In this document: positions 28,514 through 41,274 of the stretch, one piece after another
Position numbering within the stretch: position 1 is the stretch's first letter
Layout of the letters: every line of letters begins with the position of its first letter
From: an uncultured Spirochaetia bacterium
Lineage (GTDB): Bacteria; Desulfobacterota_D; UBA1144; Nemesobacterales; UBA2774
DNA length: 64,000 nucleotides
Assembly (NCBI GenBank): GCA_964586675.1
Contig: CAZPHQ010000012.1
Location: forward strand, 436 to 64,435
Reading direction: 5' to 3'
The notes under the pieces: model-generated
The model's input: only the letters and a program-made list of their open reading frames with translations
Databases searched by the model: none
What the model was told of the DNA's origin: nothing
Program-made: the position numbers and the translations under genes

Positions 28514-29470
28514 ATGGGAAGAATGGTTATAGGAGTCGACATCGGCGGGACGAACCTGAGGGGCGCTCTCGTTACGCCCGAGGGCGGCATACTGAAGCAG
28601 CTCAGGATCGCTTCCGACGCGGACGACGGGATAGACACTGTCGTCGATAACCTCGCGAGACTCGTAAACGAGCTCAGCGGGGAAGGAGACGTTTCAGGCG
28701 TCGGTGTCGGCATTGCGGGCGTCATAGACTCCAAGGCCGGGGTCATCACGCAGGCCCCCAATATCGCGAAAGTCGTAAACTATCCGATACGCGATAACCT
28801 CGTAAAGAAACTCGGCAGTAATATAAATGTAGTCATAGAAAACGACGCCAACTGCGCGGCGCTCGGCGAATGGTGGATGGGCGCGGGGAAGGACGCTGCC
28901 TCCATCGTAATGATAACCCTGGGCACCGGGGTCGGCGGCGGGATCATACTCGACGGCAAGCTCTGGAGCGGGGCCGACGGCATGGGAGGGGAGGTCGGCC
29001 ACATGACTATCTACCCCGACGGCGCCCTCTGCAACTGCGGGAACCATGGCTGCCTCGAAAGCTGCGCCTCGGCGACGGCAATTAGAAGGATGGTCAGGGA
29101 AACGCTCGCCGAGCCGGGAGTCGAAACTATACTCAGTGATATAGCTTCGAAAACCGACCCCGACGACATGCCAGAGGCTGTGATGAGCGCCGCTCTCAAG
29201 GGCGACGCGGCCTCGATAAGGATATGGGAGCGGTTCGGTATCGCCCTCGGAATAGGCATGGCGAGCCTCGTAAATATTCTCAATGTCGAAATGATAGTCC
29301 TCGGCGGCGGGGTTGCCAGGGCGTGGGATATGTTCATCGGCCCTGCCAAGGCAGAGCTTAAAAAACGGGGACTGAGGGCACCGGCGGAAAGGGTGAGAGT
29401 GGAAAGGGCCAGGCTCGACGGCGACGAGGGGATTACAGGCGCGGCCTACCTGGCGCTGGGCGGGCGTTGA
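28514..29470 (+). CDS. ROK family sugar kinase (glucokinase-like)
   Basis: GVDIGGT, ENDANCAALGE, LGTGVGGG, GEVGH, CNCGNHGCLE. Confidence 0.92.
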   Translation: MGRMVIGVDIGGTNLRGALVTPEGGILKQLRIASDADDGIDTVVDNLARLVNELSGEGDVSGVGVGIAGVIDSKAGVITQAPNIAKVVNYPIRDNLVKKLGSNINVVIENDANCAALGEWWMGAGKDAASIVMITLGTGVGGGIILDGKLWSGADGMGGEVGHMTIYPDGALCNCGNHGCLESCASATAIRRMVRETLAEPGVETILSDIASKTDPDDMPEAVMSAALKGDAASIRIWERFGIALGIGMASLVNILNVEMIVLGGGVARAWDMFIGPAKAELKKRGLRAPAERVRVERARLDGDEGITGAAYLALGGR

Positions 29471-29482
29471 AGCATGGTCATC

Positions 29483-30853
29483 CTAAAAGCGAGGCCTTAT
29501 CAGTGTCAGCCTTAACGCCTTCTTTGGCTTTCCTTCAAGCTTAGCACGCTCGTCGATCCTCATTCCCCCGATCCAGATTATCTCACCCCCGGATAAGAAT
29601 ATCGGCACGCGTGCGCGCATGAAGGCCGGCAGCTTCCGGTCGATGAAAAAATCCTTCACTTTTTTACGGCTCTTCATCCCGAGGGGCACGAACCTGTCGC
29701 CGGGTTTAAAACTCCTTACCTCTATCGGGAACTTCACTGCGCCGGGGTCGAGATAAACCACGTCTTCCCTTTCCTCTTCGAGCCCCTTCGCTTGTGTCTC
29801 TTCAATCTTGACTTCGAGCTCCGGGAAGCTCCATCTGCCCGGAGAGGGTATCACGTATGAGAAGCCTTTTGCCAGCTCGTCTTTCGTCGTCACGAGGAAA
29901 GAGCCATGCCCCTTTACGAAGACGCTTCCCCCCGGGAATACGGCCTCTCCGGACGCCGCCATCGATGTCAGAAAGGCGTCCGCAGCCGTGAGGTGTATCG
30001 ACGAAATATTTTTGAGCCCCTCCCTCTTTTCAGAGAGCGCACGCATGAGGACGGCGATCCTCAACGCGCCGTGAAGACGTTTGTATTTACTGAGGTTCCC
30101 CGTCAATTCTCCGCCACCGCTTTTAAAGACACTCCGGAATTTTTTTTCAGCCTCGCGCGAAATGAAATCATCTTCGAGGCGGAGTATGTCCGCCGTCCGT
30201 GCGAGGGTCTCTTTTATCTTCGGGTTGTATTCCGAAAGGCCGGGCAGGAGGTCGAGCCTTATCCTGTTCCTGAGATAGTCTCTCTCCCTGTTCGTTGAAT
30301 CCTCTATCCACTTTATACCTTCGGATTTGAGGTAATTCTCTATCGCGGCACGCTCGGTCTCTATAAGCGGCCTCACGATATATCGTCCAGACACCGGCGG
30401 AATGCCTGAAAGCCCGCGTGTGCCGCTCCCGCGTATGAGCCTCATGAGGACAGTCTCGGCCTGGTCGTCGAGGGTGTGGGCGGTCGCAATTTTCGACGCG
30501 CCGTGCTTATTCCTTACTTCCTCGAAGAATTCGTACCTCAGCACACGGGCCGCGTCTTCGAGTGAAATTCTGGACCGCTTCCTGAGCGCGGGCGCGTCCG
30601 CCTCCCCGAGCTCGAATTCTACCCCGAGGGATTCCGCGACGCCGCGGCTGAATTCGGCGTCGCGAGCGGCTTCCTTCCCGCGTATGCCGTGGTTAAGGTG
30701 CGCGGCTACGAGAGTGAGGTTGTAACCCTTAAGCTCGTGGAGGGCGTGTAAAAGAGACATTGAGTCGGCTCCGCCCGAAAGGCCGACGACGACCTTATCC
30801 CCAGGCCGGAGCATCTCATACTTCTCGATTGTTTTTCGTATCCGGGATAGCAT
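29483..30853 (-). CDS. tilS: tRNA(Ile)-lysidine synthase
   Basis: SGGADS PP-loop, AHTLDDQAET, RPL, RNRIR, C-terminal TilS domain. Confidence 0.96.
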   Translation of the reverse strand: MLSRIRKTIEKYEMLRPGDKVVVGLSGGADSMSLLHALHELKGYNLTLVAAHLNHGIRGKEAARDAEFSRGVAESLGVEFELGEADAPALRKRSRISLEDAARVLRYEFFEEVRNKHGASKIATAHTLDDQAETVLMRLIRGSGTRGLSGIPPVSGRYIVRPLIETERAAIENYLKSEGIKWIEDSTNRERDYLRNRIRLDLLPGLSEYNPKIKETLARTADILRLEDDFISREAEKKFRSVFKSGGGELTGNLSKYKRLHGALRIAVLMRALSEKREGLKNISSIHLTAADAFLTSMAASGEAVFPGGSVFVKGHGSFLVTTKDELAKGFSYVIPSPGRWSFPELEVKIEETQAKGLEEEREDVVYLDPGAVKFPIEVRSFKPGDRFVPLGMKSRKKVKDFFIDRKLPAFMRARVPIFLSGGEIIWIGGMRIDERAKLEGKPKKALRLTLIRPRF

Positions 30854-31490
30854 TTTCTCCGGTGTTGGCGGTGAGGCCGCCCGACATTATTATCTTGAAC
30901 GCATCCTCGATGGTTATCTGGAGCTCAATTATTTCCTCTTCCGGCAGTATGACATAATATCCCGCCGTCGGCGGCGTCGCAGGCACGAATACGCCTACGA
31001 GCTTCCTATCGGACCGGTTCAAATCGGTGCCGCTTTCGAGGCTCCCCGTGACGAATCCTATCGAGTACATCCCCTTCCTCGGAAACTCAAGGAGGGCGAC
31101 TCTCTTTATATCCCTGATCCCCTTCCTCATGAAGACCGTCTCGATGACCTGCTTCGTCGCACTATAAATAGTGCGCGCGAGGGGAATCCGGGTTATGACG
31201 GCCTCTCCCACTCCTACGAGTTTTCCGCCGACTATATTCCTCGCCAGCGCACCGACGAGAAGGACGATCAGGAGTGTCCCGAAGAGCCCCGTGCAGAAGA
31301 GGACGGCTTCATATATACCTTTCGGGAGTTCAGGGGACGGCCCGCCTATGAGCCTTTCGGGGATTGCGCTTACGAGGGCGACAATCCATGAGCCGAGCTT
31401 GAAGAGTATGAATAGTGTGAGGCCGAACGGTACGGTGACCAGTATGCCGGCCAGAATATTATTCCTGAAAAAACTATAGATATGCTTCAT
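30816..31490 (-). CDS. DUF502 family membrane protein
   Basis: RIPLARTIYSATKQ, EFPRKG, VFVPATP, IIMSGG. Confidence 0.85.
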   Translation of the reverse strand: MKHIYSFFRNNILAGILVTVPFGLTLFILFKLGSWIVALVSAIPERLIGGPSPELPKGIYEAVLFCTGLFGTLLIVLLVGALARNIVGGKLVGVGEAVITRIPLARTIYSATKQVIETVFMRKGIRDIKRVALLEFPRKGMYSIGFVTGSLESGTDLNRSDRKLVGVFVPATPPTAGYYVILPEEEIIELQITIEDAFKIIMSGGLTANTGENAIPDTKNNREV

Positions 31491-31493
31491 GCA

Positions 31494-31778
31494 TCATGCA
31501 GTCTGCTTGTCTATAGCGTCGCGGAGGAACCTGCTCGGCTTGAACACGACGGCCTTCCTCTCGGCGATCTCTATCGTCTCGCCCGTGGCGGGATTACGGC
31601 CCTTCCTCGCCTTACGGTTCTGAACGCGGAAGCTCCCGAACCTGGGGAGCTTTATTCCCTCGCCCCTGCTCAGCTTTTCCTTGGCGACCTCGAAAAAGAA
31701 TTCTACTATTTCCGCGGACTCCCTCTTCGAGAGACCGATCCTGGTGTGTATTACGTCCGCCAGCTCTTTTTTAGTCAT
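31494..31778 (-). CDS. ihfA: Integration host factor subunit alpha
   Basis: MTKKELA, FGSF, RKGRNPATGE, FKPS; canonical position downstream of pheT. Confidence 0.88.
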   Translation of the reverse strand: MTKKELADVIHTRIGLSKRESAEIVEFFFEVAKEKLSRGEGIKLPRFGSFRVQNRKARKGRNPATGETIEIAERKAVVFKPSRFLRDAIDKQTA

Positions 31779-31797
31779 CTCTTTACCCCTCCTTTCG

Positions 31798-34209
31798 CTA
31801 TATTGTACGTAATTCAGCCCCCAGAGCCAATCGAAGTTTTTTAAGCGCCTTATCCTGAATTTTATTGATATCCTCTTCTGTCAGCGTCTTGTCCGCCGCC
31901 CTCAGGTGAAGGGAGACCGCGACGCTCTTCTTCCCGGCCTGCACGGAGCCGCCGGTGAACACGTCGAATATACGGGCGTCTTCTATGAGCCCCGAGCCGA
32001 GGGACCTTATCTCGTCAATTATACTGCCTGCCGACACTCCTTCATCCACCACGAGCGCGATGTCCCGCCTTACGGACGGGAACTTCGGAAGCGGTTTGAA
32101 TTCTCCCTTCTTCCCGGCAGTGAGGCGGGCTGCGGCGTCGAGGTCTATCTCGGCGACGTAGACCCTTTTCGTGAGCTCGAGCTTCTCTCTGAGCCCCGGG
32201 TGAAGCTCGCCGACATATCCCACCGCTTCGCCGTCTATCAAAATTTCCGCAGACTTTCCGGGATGGAGGAATTCGATTTCAGGAGCCGGCCTCAAAGTGA
32301 CGCCCGCCGGCACGTGAAGCGCGCCGAACGCCTTTTCGAGTATCGCCTTTAAATCGAAGAAATCGATTTCCTCCCTGTCCCAGAGTTCCGGCTGTTTCCT
32401 TCCGGTTGCGGCCGCAGCCAGTTTGTTTATTTCTTTTGGAAGCTTGTCTCCTGAAGTGGGGATGTAAACCTTTCCCGTCTCGAATATCCTTACGTCGCTC
32501 TCCTGACGGCTGAGGTTGAGGAGAACGTTCTTGACGAGCCCGGCTGTGAGGCTTGTCCTCATCACGGCCCCGTCTTTACTGATGGGATTGAGTATCGGAA
32601 GCGCGGCTTCCGGGCTGAAGAGCCTGAGAAGCTCCTCGTCCTCGAAGCTGTAGTTTATGGCCTCGTAAAATCCGTTTGCCGTGAATATTTCCTTGAACTT
32701 CTCCTGCGCCGTCCGGACGCTCCGCGGCAGCTCCGTTTTCATGGCGACGGCGGGGAGAGTGACAGGGACGTTGTTGTAGCCGTAGAGCCTGGCTGTTTCT
32801 TCTATGATGTCGATCTCGCGCGTGAGGTCGACCCTGTACGTCGGAACCTTGAACGTCAGAACTCCTTTATCCGACGACAGGAGCTCGAGCCCGAGCCTCT
32901 TCTGTATGGATATTATTTCTTCTTCGCTAATGTCTGTGCCGAGTATAGCGTTTACGCGCTTCGCGGTAACGCTCACTACGGCAGGTTCGATAATGACCGG
33001 ATTCTCGTCGATTCTTCCGGCGGCAACTTTGCCTCCAGCGAGCTCCGCGATGAGCGCGGCCGCCCTGTCGAGCGCCCTAACGACGCCCTCGGGATCGACG
33101 CCTCTTTCGAATCTATAAGACGATTCTGACTTGAGCCCGGTTTTTCTCGAAGTTTTTCTCACGGTATCGGGGCTGAAGTAGGCGCTTTCGAGGAGTATGT
33201 TACTCGTCCCATCGCTTACTTCCGTATCCGCGCCGCCCATGACGCCAGCCAGCGCGACGGCCCTTTCGGCGTCGCATATGAGAAGGTCGTCGCCACTGAG
33301 CTTTCTTTCGACGCCGTCGAGCGTTTTTATGATTTCTCCGTTTCCGGCCTGCCTCACGATAATCTTCTTCCCCTTTACGAGGTCGTAATCGAATGCGTGG
33401 AGGGGCTGTCCCAATTCGAGGAGGACGTAGTTCGTGACGTCCACGACGTTATTAATAGACCTTATTCCCGACGATTCGAGCCGCGTCTTCATCCACTTCG
33501 GCGACGGGCCTATTTTCACGCCGGTTATCACGCGGCACGCGTACCTCGGGCACTTTTCGGGTGAGAGAATCTCGACGGATACGTAATCACCCACGGGGCT
33601 CCCGGATTCGCTTATGGACGCATCCGGATACCCGGCCTTGCCGGAGAGTATCGCGGCTACCTCCCTGGCCGCCCCGACCACGCTCAGGCAGTCGGGACGG
33701 TTGGGGGTTATGCCTATTTCAAGGAGGACGTCGTTAACGCCTATTTCGTCTATCAGGCGCGTACCCGGAACGGCGCCGGGGGAGAGTATCATTATGCCGT
33801 CCGATTCGGTTCCGAGACCGAGCTCGTTCTCGGCGCAGAGCATGCCTTCGGAGACCTGCCCCCTTATTTTCGCTTTTTTGATTGTAACGCCTTCGGGAAA
33901 TTTGGGCCCGGGCGGGAGGACTGTGCCCGTCTTCGCCAGCGCGACCTTGTCACCCGCTTTCATATTGCTCGCCCCGCAGACTATCGGATACTCGTTCGAG
34001 CCGTCGGAAACCCTGCATAGAGACAGCTTGTCGGCATCCGGGTGGGGGCCCATGTCGAGTATTTCGGCTACTACTACGTTTTCGAGGGCCTTGCCGGTGT
34101 ATTCTATAGATTCGACTTCGAGCCCGGACATTGTCAGCCTGTCGGCGAGCTCCTCCGGCGAGACGGAGTAATCGACGTACTCTTTAAGCCAGCTCAGAGA
34201 TATTATCAT
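31798..34209 (-). CDS. pheT: Phenylalanine--tRNA ligase beta subunit
   Basis: SLSWLKEYV, HPDADKL, TPNRPDCLS, RFERGVD, HPG, RDIA, GAELR. Confidence 0.98.
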   Translation of the reverse strand: MIISLSWLKEYVDYSVSPEELADRLTMSGLEVESIEYTGKALENVVVAEILDMGPHPDADKLSLCRVSDGSNEYPIVCGASNMKAGDKVALAKTGTVLPPGPKFPEGVTIKKAKIRGQVSEGMLCAENELGLGTESDGIMILSPGAVPGTRLIDEIGVNDVLLEIGITPNRPDCLSVVGAAREVAAILSGKAGYPDASISESGSPVGDYVSVEILSPEKCPRYACRVITGVKIGPSPKWMKTRLESSGIRSINNVVDVTNYVLLELGQPLHAFDYDLVKGKKIIVRQAGNGEIIKTLDGVERKLSGDDLLICDAERAVALAGVMGGADTEVSDGTSNILLESAYFSPDTVRKTSRKTGLKSESSYRFERGVDPEGVVRALDRAAALIAELAGGKVAAGRIDENPVIIEPAVVSVTAKRVNAILGTDISEEEIISIQKRLGLELLSSDKGVLTFKVPTYRVDLTREIDIIEETARLYGYNNVPVTLPAVAMKTELPRSVRTAQEKFKEIFTANGFYEAINYSFEDEELLRLFSPEAALPILNPISKDGAVMRTSLTAGLVKNVLLNLSRQESDVRIFETGKVYIPTSGDKLPKEINKLAAAATGRKQPELWDREEIDFFDLKAILEKAFGALHVPAGVTLRPAPEIEFLHPGKSAEILIDGEAVGYVGELHPGLREKLELTKRVYVAEIDLDAAARLTAGKKGEFKPLPKFPSVRRDIALVVDEGVSAGSIIDEIRSLGSGLIEDARIFDVFTGGSVQAGKKSVAVSLHLRAADKTLTEEDINKIQDKALKKLRLALGAELRTI

Positions 34210-34319
34210 TGTTCAGTGACCCAAAAGTTAATAATTACATATTCTTAGGGCCGGGTCAATACTTTAGCCGGAAGTCTCTCGCCGGGGAGAGAAGCGCGGA
34301 AAGGCCTGCCTGGAGCCTT

Positions 34320-34371
34320 AAAAAAGAACGGCGGCATGACCCCGAAACCGGGTCAAACCGCCGTTTCTTTT
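34320..34371 (-). terminator. Rho-independent terminator downstream of katG
   Basis: Long hairpin AAAAGAACGGCGG...CCGCCGTTTCTTTT with A/T tails on both sides. Confidence 0.75.
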
Positions 34372-34399
34372 CACAAGGAGGATGGGCAACCTTTAGTTT

Positions 34400-36673
<2,274 letters not shown>

Positions 36674-36730
36674 TTACCTCCTCTTTAATGATATTAGCTG
36701 TTAGGATAGTAATTATGAACTCCAGAACCT

Positions 36731-36778
36731 ATAGTCGTCAAATATTCCTTATCTATAAATTGAATAGGCATAGCCTAT
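36731..36778. promoter_or_regulatory. OxyR binding site
   Basis: ATAG-N7-ATAT-N7-CTAT-N7-ATAG-N7-CTAT between divergent katG and oxyR. Confidence 0.85.
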
Positions 36779-36863
36779 ACTAACTTCACTCCTGTATGTA
36801 CAATATATAAACAAGACACGCTCTTGAATCGCCGGGCATTTAATTAACAGAGGGATAGGATTT

Positions 36864-37766
36864 ATGGAGCTTCATCGGCTTAGATACTTTGTCGCGGTCG
36901 CGGAGTCGGGCGGGTTCAGCAAGGCCGCCCGGAGGTGTTACGTCGCCCAGCCTTCTCTCAGCCAGCAGATAATAAAGCTGGAGCAGGAGCTCGGCCAGAG
37001 GCTCTTCGAAAGGCTGGGGAGAAACGTCGCGCTCACGGAATCGGGAAGGGCGCTCCTCCCGAGGGCGAGGCTCGTGCTGAGGGAGGCCGAGGGCATCAAG
37101 TCCGGCATAATAGAAGACGTCGACGCCGGGGTCGGCGTACTCTCGGCGGGGTTCATCCCCACTATAGCGCCTTACCTCCTTCCGGGAGCGCTCAAGAGAT
37201 TCTATACAGGCTATCCCCGGGCCCGCATATCGCTCCAGGAGAACCTCACCGACAGGCTCGTCCGGGGCATTGTCGACCTCGAAATCGAGGTCGCCATAAT
37301 GAGCCTGCCGATAGAAAACAGCCTTATTACCACGGAAACACTTTTCGACGATCCCCTTTATCTTGCCGTATCCCCGGGCCACAGGCTTCTTAAGTCCGGC
37401 GACATAAGGGCGAAAGACCTTAAAAATATTCCTTTCATAGCGCTCGAAGAAGATCACTGCCTCGGTGAGCAAGTGAATAACTTCTGCTACGAGAGGCAGA
37501 TAAATCCCGACGTCGTCTGCAGGACTTGGAACCTCTCGACGATACAGCACTGCGTCTCGTTCGGGAACGGGGTTTCGCTCGTCCCGCTCATGATGGTGCT
37601 TACGGATACCACCGATTCATGCGTCTACAGGCCGATAAAGGGCAGGTCGCCGAAGAGGACGGTGGTCGCGGCATGGCACAGGGACCGAAAGCTCTCCCGG
37701 CTCGCCCGCGAATTCATCGGGATGGTGAAGGACGAATACGCCTCGCTCCTCGAAAGGGCGAAGTAA
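36864..37766 (+). CDS. oxyR: Hydrogen peroxide-sensing LysR regulator OxyR
   Basis: LysR HTH; IPTIAPYLLP; DHCLGEQVNNFC matches the C199-X8-C208 redox pair; divergent from katG. Confidence 0.88.
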   Translation: MELHRLRYFVAVAESGGFSKAARRCYVAQPSLSQQIIKLEQELGQRLFERLGRNVALTESGRALLPRARLVLREAEGIKSGIIEDVDAGVGVLSAGFIPTIAPYLLPGALKRFYTGYPRARISLQENLTDRLVRGIVDLEIEVAIMSLPIENSLITTETLFDDPLYLAVSPGHRLLKSGDIRAKDLKNIPFIALEEDHCLGEQVNNFCYERQINPDVVCRTWNLSTIQHCVSFGNGVSLVPLMMVLTDTTDSCVYRPIKGRSPKRTVVAAWHRDRKLSRLAREFIGMVKDEYASLLERAK

Positions 37767-37858
37767 CGCCCGCATTCGCGCGCTGGATTCGTTACTGTCA
37801 GGCGCATCTGGTGTAAAATAAACATTGTTCCATTCCGGCAGTTTCCGGGCGATTTGAA

Positions 37859-39031
37859 ATGAAAAAGGTCTATCTCGATTATAACGCCACGACACCTCTC
37901 GACCCGAGGGTTCTGGAAGCCATGATGCCGTACTTAAAGGAGGGCTTCGGAAACCCTTCGAGCATTCACTCCCACGGGAGCGCCGCGAAGGCCGCGCTCG
38001 ACGAGGCGAGGGAGAGGACGGCCGCGCTCCTCGGGGCCGGGGCGAGGGAAATCATATTCACCTCCGGCGGGAGCGAGGGCAATAACCTCGCCATAAAGGG
38101 TGCGTCGTTCGCCGAAGGCGGCCGGGGAGGGAAGCATCTCGTAACGACGAAGGTCGAGCACGATTCCACGCTCGACGCTTTCGTGTTCCTGGAGACGCGC
38201 GGCTTCAAGGTCACGTACCTCGGCGTCGATAAATACGGCCTCGTCGACCTCGACGAGCTACGCGAAGCAGTGACGGACGAAACGAGGCTCGTCTCCATAA
38301 TCCACGCCAATAACGAGACCGGCGCGGTGATGCCCATGGAAGACATAGCCGCCGTCGTAAAGGAAAAGGGGGCGCTCCTCCACCTGGACGCCGTACAGGC
38401 GGCCGGCAAAATAGAAATGGATTTGAAAAGTATCGGTGCCGACCTCGTTTCCATATCGGCGCACAAGTTTTACGGTCCCAAAGGCGCGGGCGCTCTATAC
38501 GTAAGAGATGGCCTGGCGCGGCGGCTCTCGCTCGCCCCGCTCATACACGGCGGGGGGCAGGAGAGGGGGCTCAGGTCCGGGACCGAAAACGTCCCGGCCA
38601 TAGCGGGGCTCGGAAAGGCGGCGGAGCTGGCGCTCGGCGAGCTTGACGGCGACAGGGAAAGGGTGGGGCGCCTCCGGGACGAGTTATACGCCCGCATATC
38701 CGCCGGAGCGGGCGGGGTCACGCTAAACGGCCCGACGGACACCATAGTCCGGAACACGCTCAACCTTTCATTCCAGGGCGTTAACGGAGGATCGCTCGCC
38801 ATGGCGCTCGACCTCGAAGGGATAGCGGTTTCGACGGGCTCCGCGTGCTCGGAGGGGAACGTTGACCCCTCGCATGTCCTCCTCGCCATGGGACGTACGA
38901 GGCAGGAGGCGCACTCGTCTGTCAGATTCAGCCTCGGCAGGTTCACCACCCGGGAAGAGATCGAATACGCCGCTTCGGCGGTCGTAACGGCGGTGAACAG
39001 GATGAGGAAGCTTAAGGGAACCGGGTCCTGA
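37859..39031 (+). CDS. iscS: Cysteine desulfurase (IscS/NifS group I)
   Basis: YLDYNATTP, GNPSS, SAHKFYGPKG, RSGTEN, STGSACS. Confidence 0.9.
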   Translation: MKKVYLDYNATTPLDPRVLEAMMPYLKEGFGNPSSIHSHGSAAKAALDEARERTAALLGAGAREIIFTSGGSEGNNLAIKGASFAEGGRGGKHLVTTKVEHDSTLDAFVFLETRGFKVTYLGVDKYGLVDLDELREAVTDETRLVSIIHANNETGAVMPMEDIAAVVKEKGALLHLDAVQAAGKIEMDLKSIGADLVSISAHKFYGPKGAGALYVRDGLARRLSLAPLIHGGGQERGLRSGTENVPAIAGLGKAAELALGELDGDRERVGRLRDELYARISAGAGGVTLNGPTDTIVRNTLNLSFQGVNGGSLAMALDLEGIAVSTGSACSEGNVDPSHVLLAMGRTRQEAHSSVRFSLGRFTTREEIEYAASAVVTAVNRMRKLKGTGS

Positions 39032-39044
39032 AACGGCGCGTCTT

Positions 39045-40085
39045 TTACGGGAACATCGGAGGGATGTTGAGCCCCTCCGATTCCTCGAAGCCCATCATGA
39101 TATTCATGTTCTGAACCGCGACGCCCGAAGCGCCCTTCACGAGGTTATCGATTACCGACACTATTACCGCGGATTTCGATTCCGGGTCGCCCTTTATTCC
39201 AATATCGCAGAAGTTGGAGCCCTTTACCTGAGACGTCGAGGGATAGACCTTTTCAGGGCATATCCTGACGAACCTTTCGTTCTCGTAGTGCTTACGGTAG
39301 AGCTCTAAAAGCTCTCTGGTCGTCATGGCCTTGTTGAGTCTCACGTATACAGTCGAAAGTATGCCCCTGTCCATGGGAATGAGGTGCGGCACGAACTGGA
39401 CTCTGAGGTCGATTCCGGAATATTCCCTCATGACCTCCTCGATCTCCGGCATGTGCCTGTGCTCGCCGACCTTATACGCCTTTACGCCCTCGTTCACCTC
39501 GCAGAAATGCGTGTCGAGCGAAGGATTCCTGCCAGCGCCGGATACGCCCGACTTCGAGTCGGCTATTACGAGGCCGGGTTCTAAAAGCTGCTCCCACGCG
39601 AGGGGAAGAAGGCCCAGAATGACCGACGTCGGATAGCAGCCGGGGTTGGCGACGAGCTTTGCGGTTTTGAGCCTTTCCCTGTTTATCTCGGGGATGCCGT
39701 AAACTGCGTCCGGTATCAGCCCCGGATGGGGGTGCTCGCCGTACCAGACGGTGTAAACCTCGTGGCTCAGCCTGAAGTCGGCACCGAGGTCTATTATCTT
39801 TATTTCCCTTTCGTAGAGCTCCCCGACGACCTTCGCAGATGCCCCGTGAGGAAGCCCGAGGAAGACGACGTCGATATCTTCCGGGAGGGCCTTCGGGTCA
39901 AGCGGGCTGAGCCCGAGATCACAGAGCCCGGCGAGGTGCGGAAAAACGTCGGAAATCCTCTTTCCGGCATGCTTGTCGGCGGTTAAATATGCAATCTCGA
40001 CGGAGGGATGCGGCAGGAGGAACCTCAGAAGATCGCTCCCCGTATAACCGCTCGCCCCGAGTATTCCCGCTCTAATTTTCCGCAT
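39045..40085 (-). CDS. argC: N-acetyl-gamma-glutamyl-phosphate reductase
   Basis: GASGYTG, ANPGCYPT, SGVSGAG, HRHMPEI, DNLVKGASG. Confidence 0.97.
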   Translation of the reverse strand: MRKIRAGILGASGYTGSDLLRFLLPHPSVEIAYLTADKHAGKRISDVFPHLAGLCDLGLSPLDPKALPEDIDVVFLGLPHGASAKVVGELYEREIKIIDLGADFRLSHEVYTVWYGEHPHPGLIPDAVYGIPEINRERLKTAKLVANPGCYPTSVILGLLPLAWEQLLEPGLVIADSKSGVSGAGRNPSLDTHFCEVNEGVKAYKVGEHRHMPEIEEVMREYSGIDLRVQFVPHLIPMDRGILSTVYVRLNKAMTTRELLELYRKHYENERFVRICPEKVYPSTSQVKGSNFCDIGIKGDPESKSAVIVSVIDNLVKGASGVAVQNMNIMMGFEESEGLNIPPMFP

Positions 40086-40266
40086 AGGAATTGAAAATAT
40101 ACGGTAAAATTGTCAAATACAAGGTCGTGTGAAGAATTCTCTTCTCAATTGCGGCCACAAGGGTCTTCCGCGGCCCTTCGATACCTTGACGCAAATAGTT
40201 TGTAAAGGTAATTTTTAGAGGATTTTCATCAAATTAAAAAACATTACAATTACCTGGAGGGACTGG

Positions 40267-41274
40267 ATGTCTATCAAGGTTGGGATTAACGGGTTCGGAA
40301 GAATCGGGAGGCACGTGCTCCGTATAGGGCTCGAAAGGGAAGGCCTCGAATTCGTGGGGATCAACGATATTTCCGATTCCAAAACGCTTGCCCACCTTTT
40401 TAAATACGATTCCGTATTCGGCCCATACAAAGGAGATGTGAAATCCGAAAACGGACATATAATTGTAGATGGAAAGGCTATAAGGGTATTCACGGAGAGG
40501 GATCCGAAGAACATACCGTGGCAGGATACGGGGGCCGAGATCATCGCCGAAGCAAGCGGCGTTTTCCGTTCGAGGGAAGCCGCGGCGGCGCACCTGGGCG
40601 GCACCGTGAAGAAAGTAGTGATCACGGCGCCGGCTAAAGGCAAGGTGGATTTCACGACGGTGCTCGGGACCAACGAAGGCGAATACAGCCCGGATTTCGA
40701 CATCATATCCAACGCCTCGTGCACGACAAACTGTTTTGCAATGATCGTAAAAGTGCTTCACGAAAATTTCGGAATAAAGAGGGGTGAGATGACGACCATC
40801 CACTCCTACACGAACGACCAGCAGATACTGGACGCCCCGCATAAGGATTTAAGACGTGCAAGGGCGGCGGCACTCTCGATAATACCGACCAGCACGGGCG
40901 CCGCGAGCGCGATAGAGATAATCTACCCTGTGCTCAAGGGCAAGCTGAGCTCCGTGTCGATGAGGGTCCCCACGGCGGATGTTTCGGTCGTCGACTTCAC
41001 CTGTGAAGTGGAGAAAAACACGACACCGGAAGAGGTCAACGAAAAATTCAGGGAGGCCGCCTCGGGCGAGCTTAAAGGGTATCTCAGGTACGTCGACGAA
41101 GAGCTGGTGTCGTCAGATTTCATAGGCGACCCGCACTCGGCGATACTCGATTCCCAGCTGACTTCTGTTGTGGAAGGCAATCTCGTAAAGGTAATAGGCT
41201 GGTACGACAACGAATACGGCTACTCGTCGCGGGTCGTCGACCTCATCGAGTACATAGGAGAAAGGCTAAAATGA
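40267..41274 (+). CDS. gap: Glyceraldehyde-3-phosphate dehydrogenase
   Basis: GINGFGRIGR, SNASCTTNC, WYDNEYGYS; upstream TTGACG-17-TAATTT. Confidence 0.97.
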   Translation: MSIKVGINGFGRIGRHVLRIGLEREGLEFVGINDISDSKTLAHLFKYDSVFGPYKGDVKSENGHIIVDGKAIRVFTERDPKNIPWQDTGAEIIAEASGVFRSREAAAAHLGGTVKKVVITAPAKGKVDFTTVLGTNEGEYSPDFDIISNASCTTNCFAMIVKVLHENFGIKRGEMTTIHSYTNDQQILDAPHKDLRRARAAALSIIPTSTGAASAIEIIYPVLKGKLSSVSMRVPTADVSVVDFTCEVEKNTTPEEVNEKFREAASGELKGYLRYVDEELVSSDFIGDPHSAILDSQLTSVVEGNLVKVIGWYDNEYGYSSRVVDLIEYIGERLK

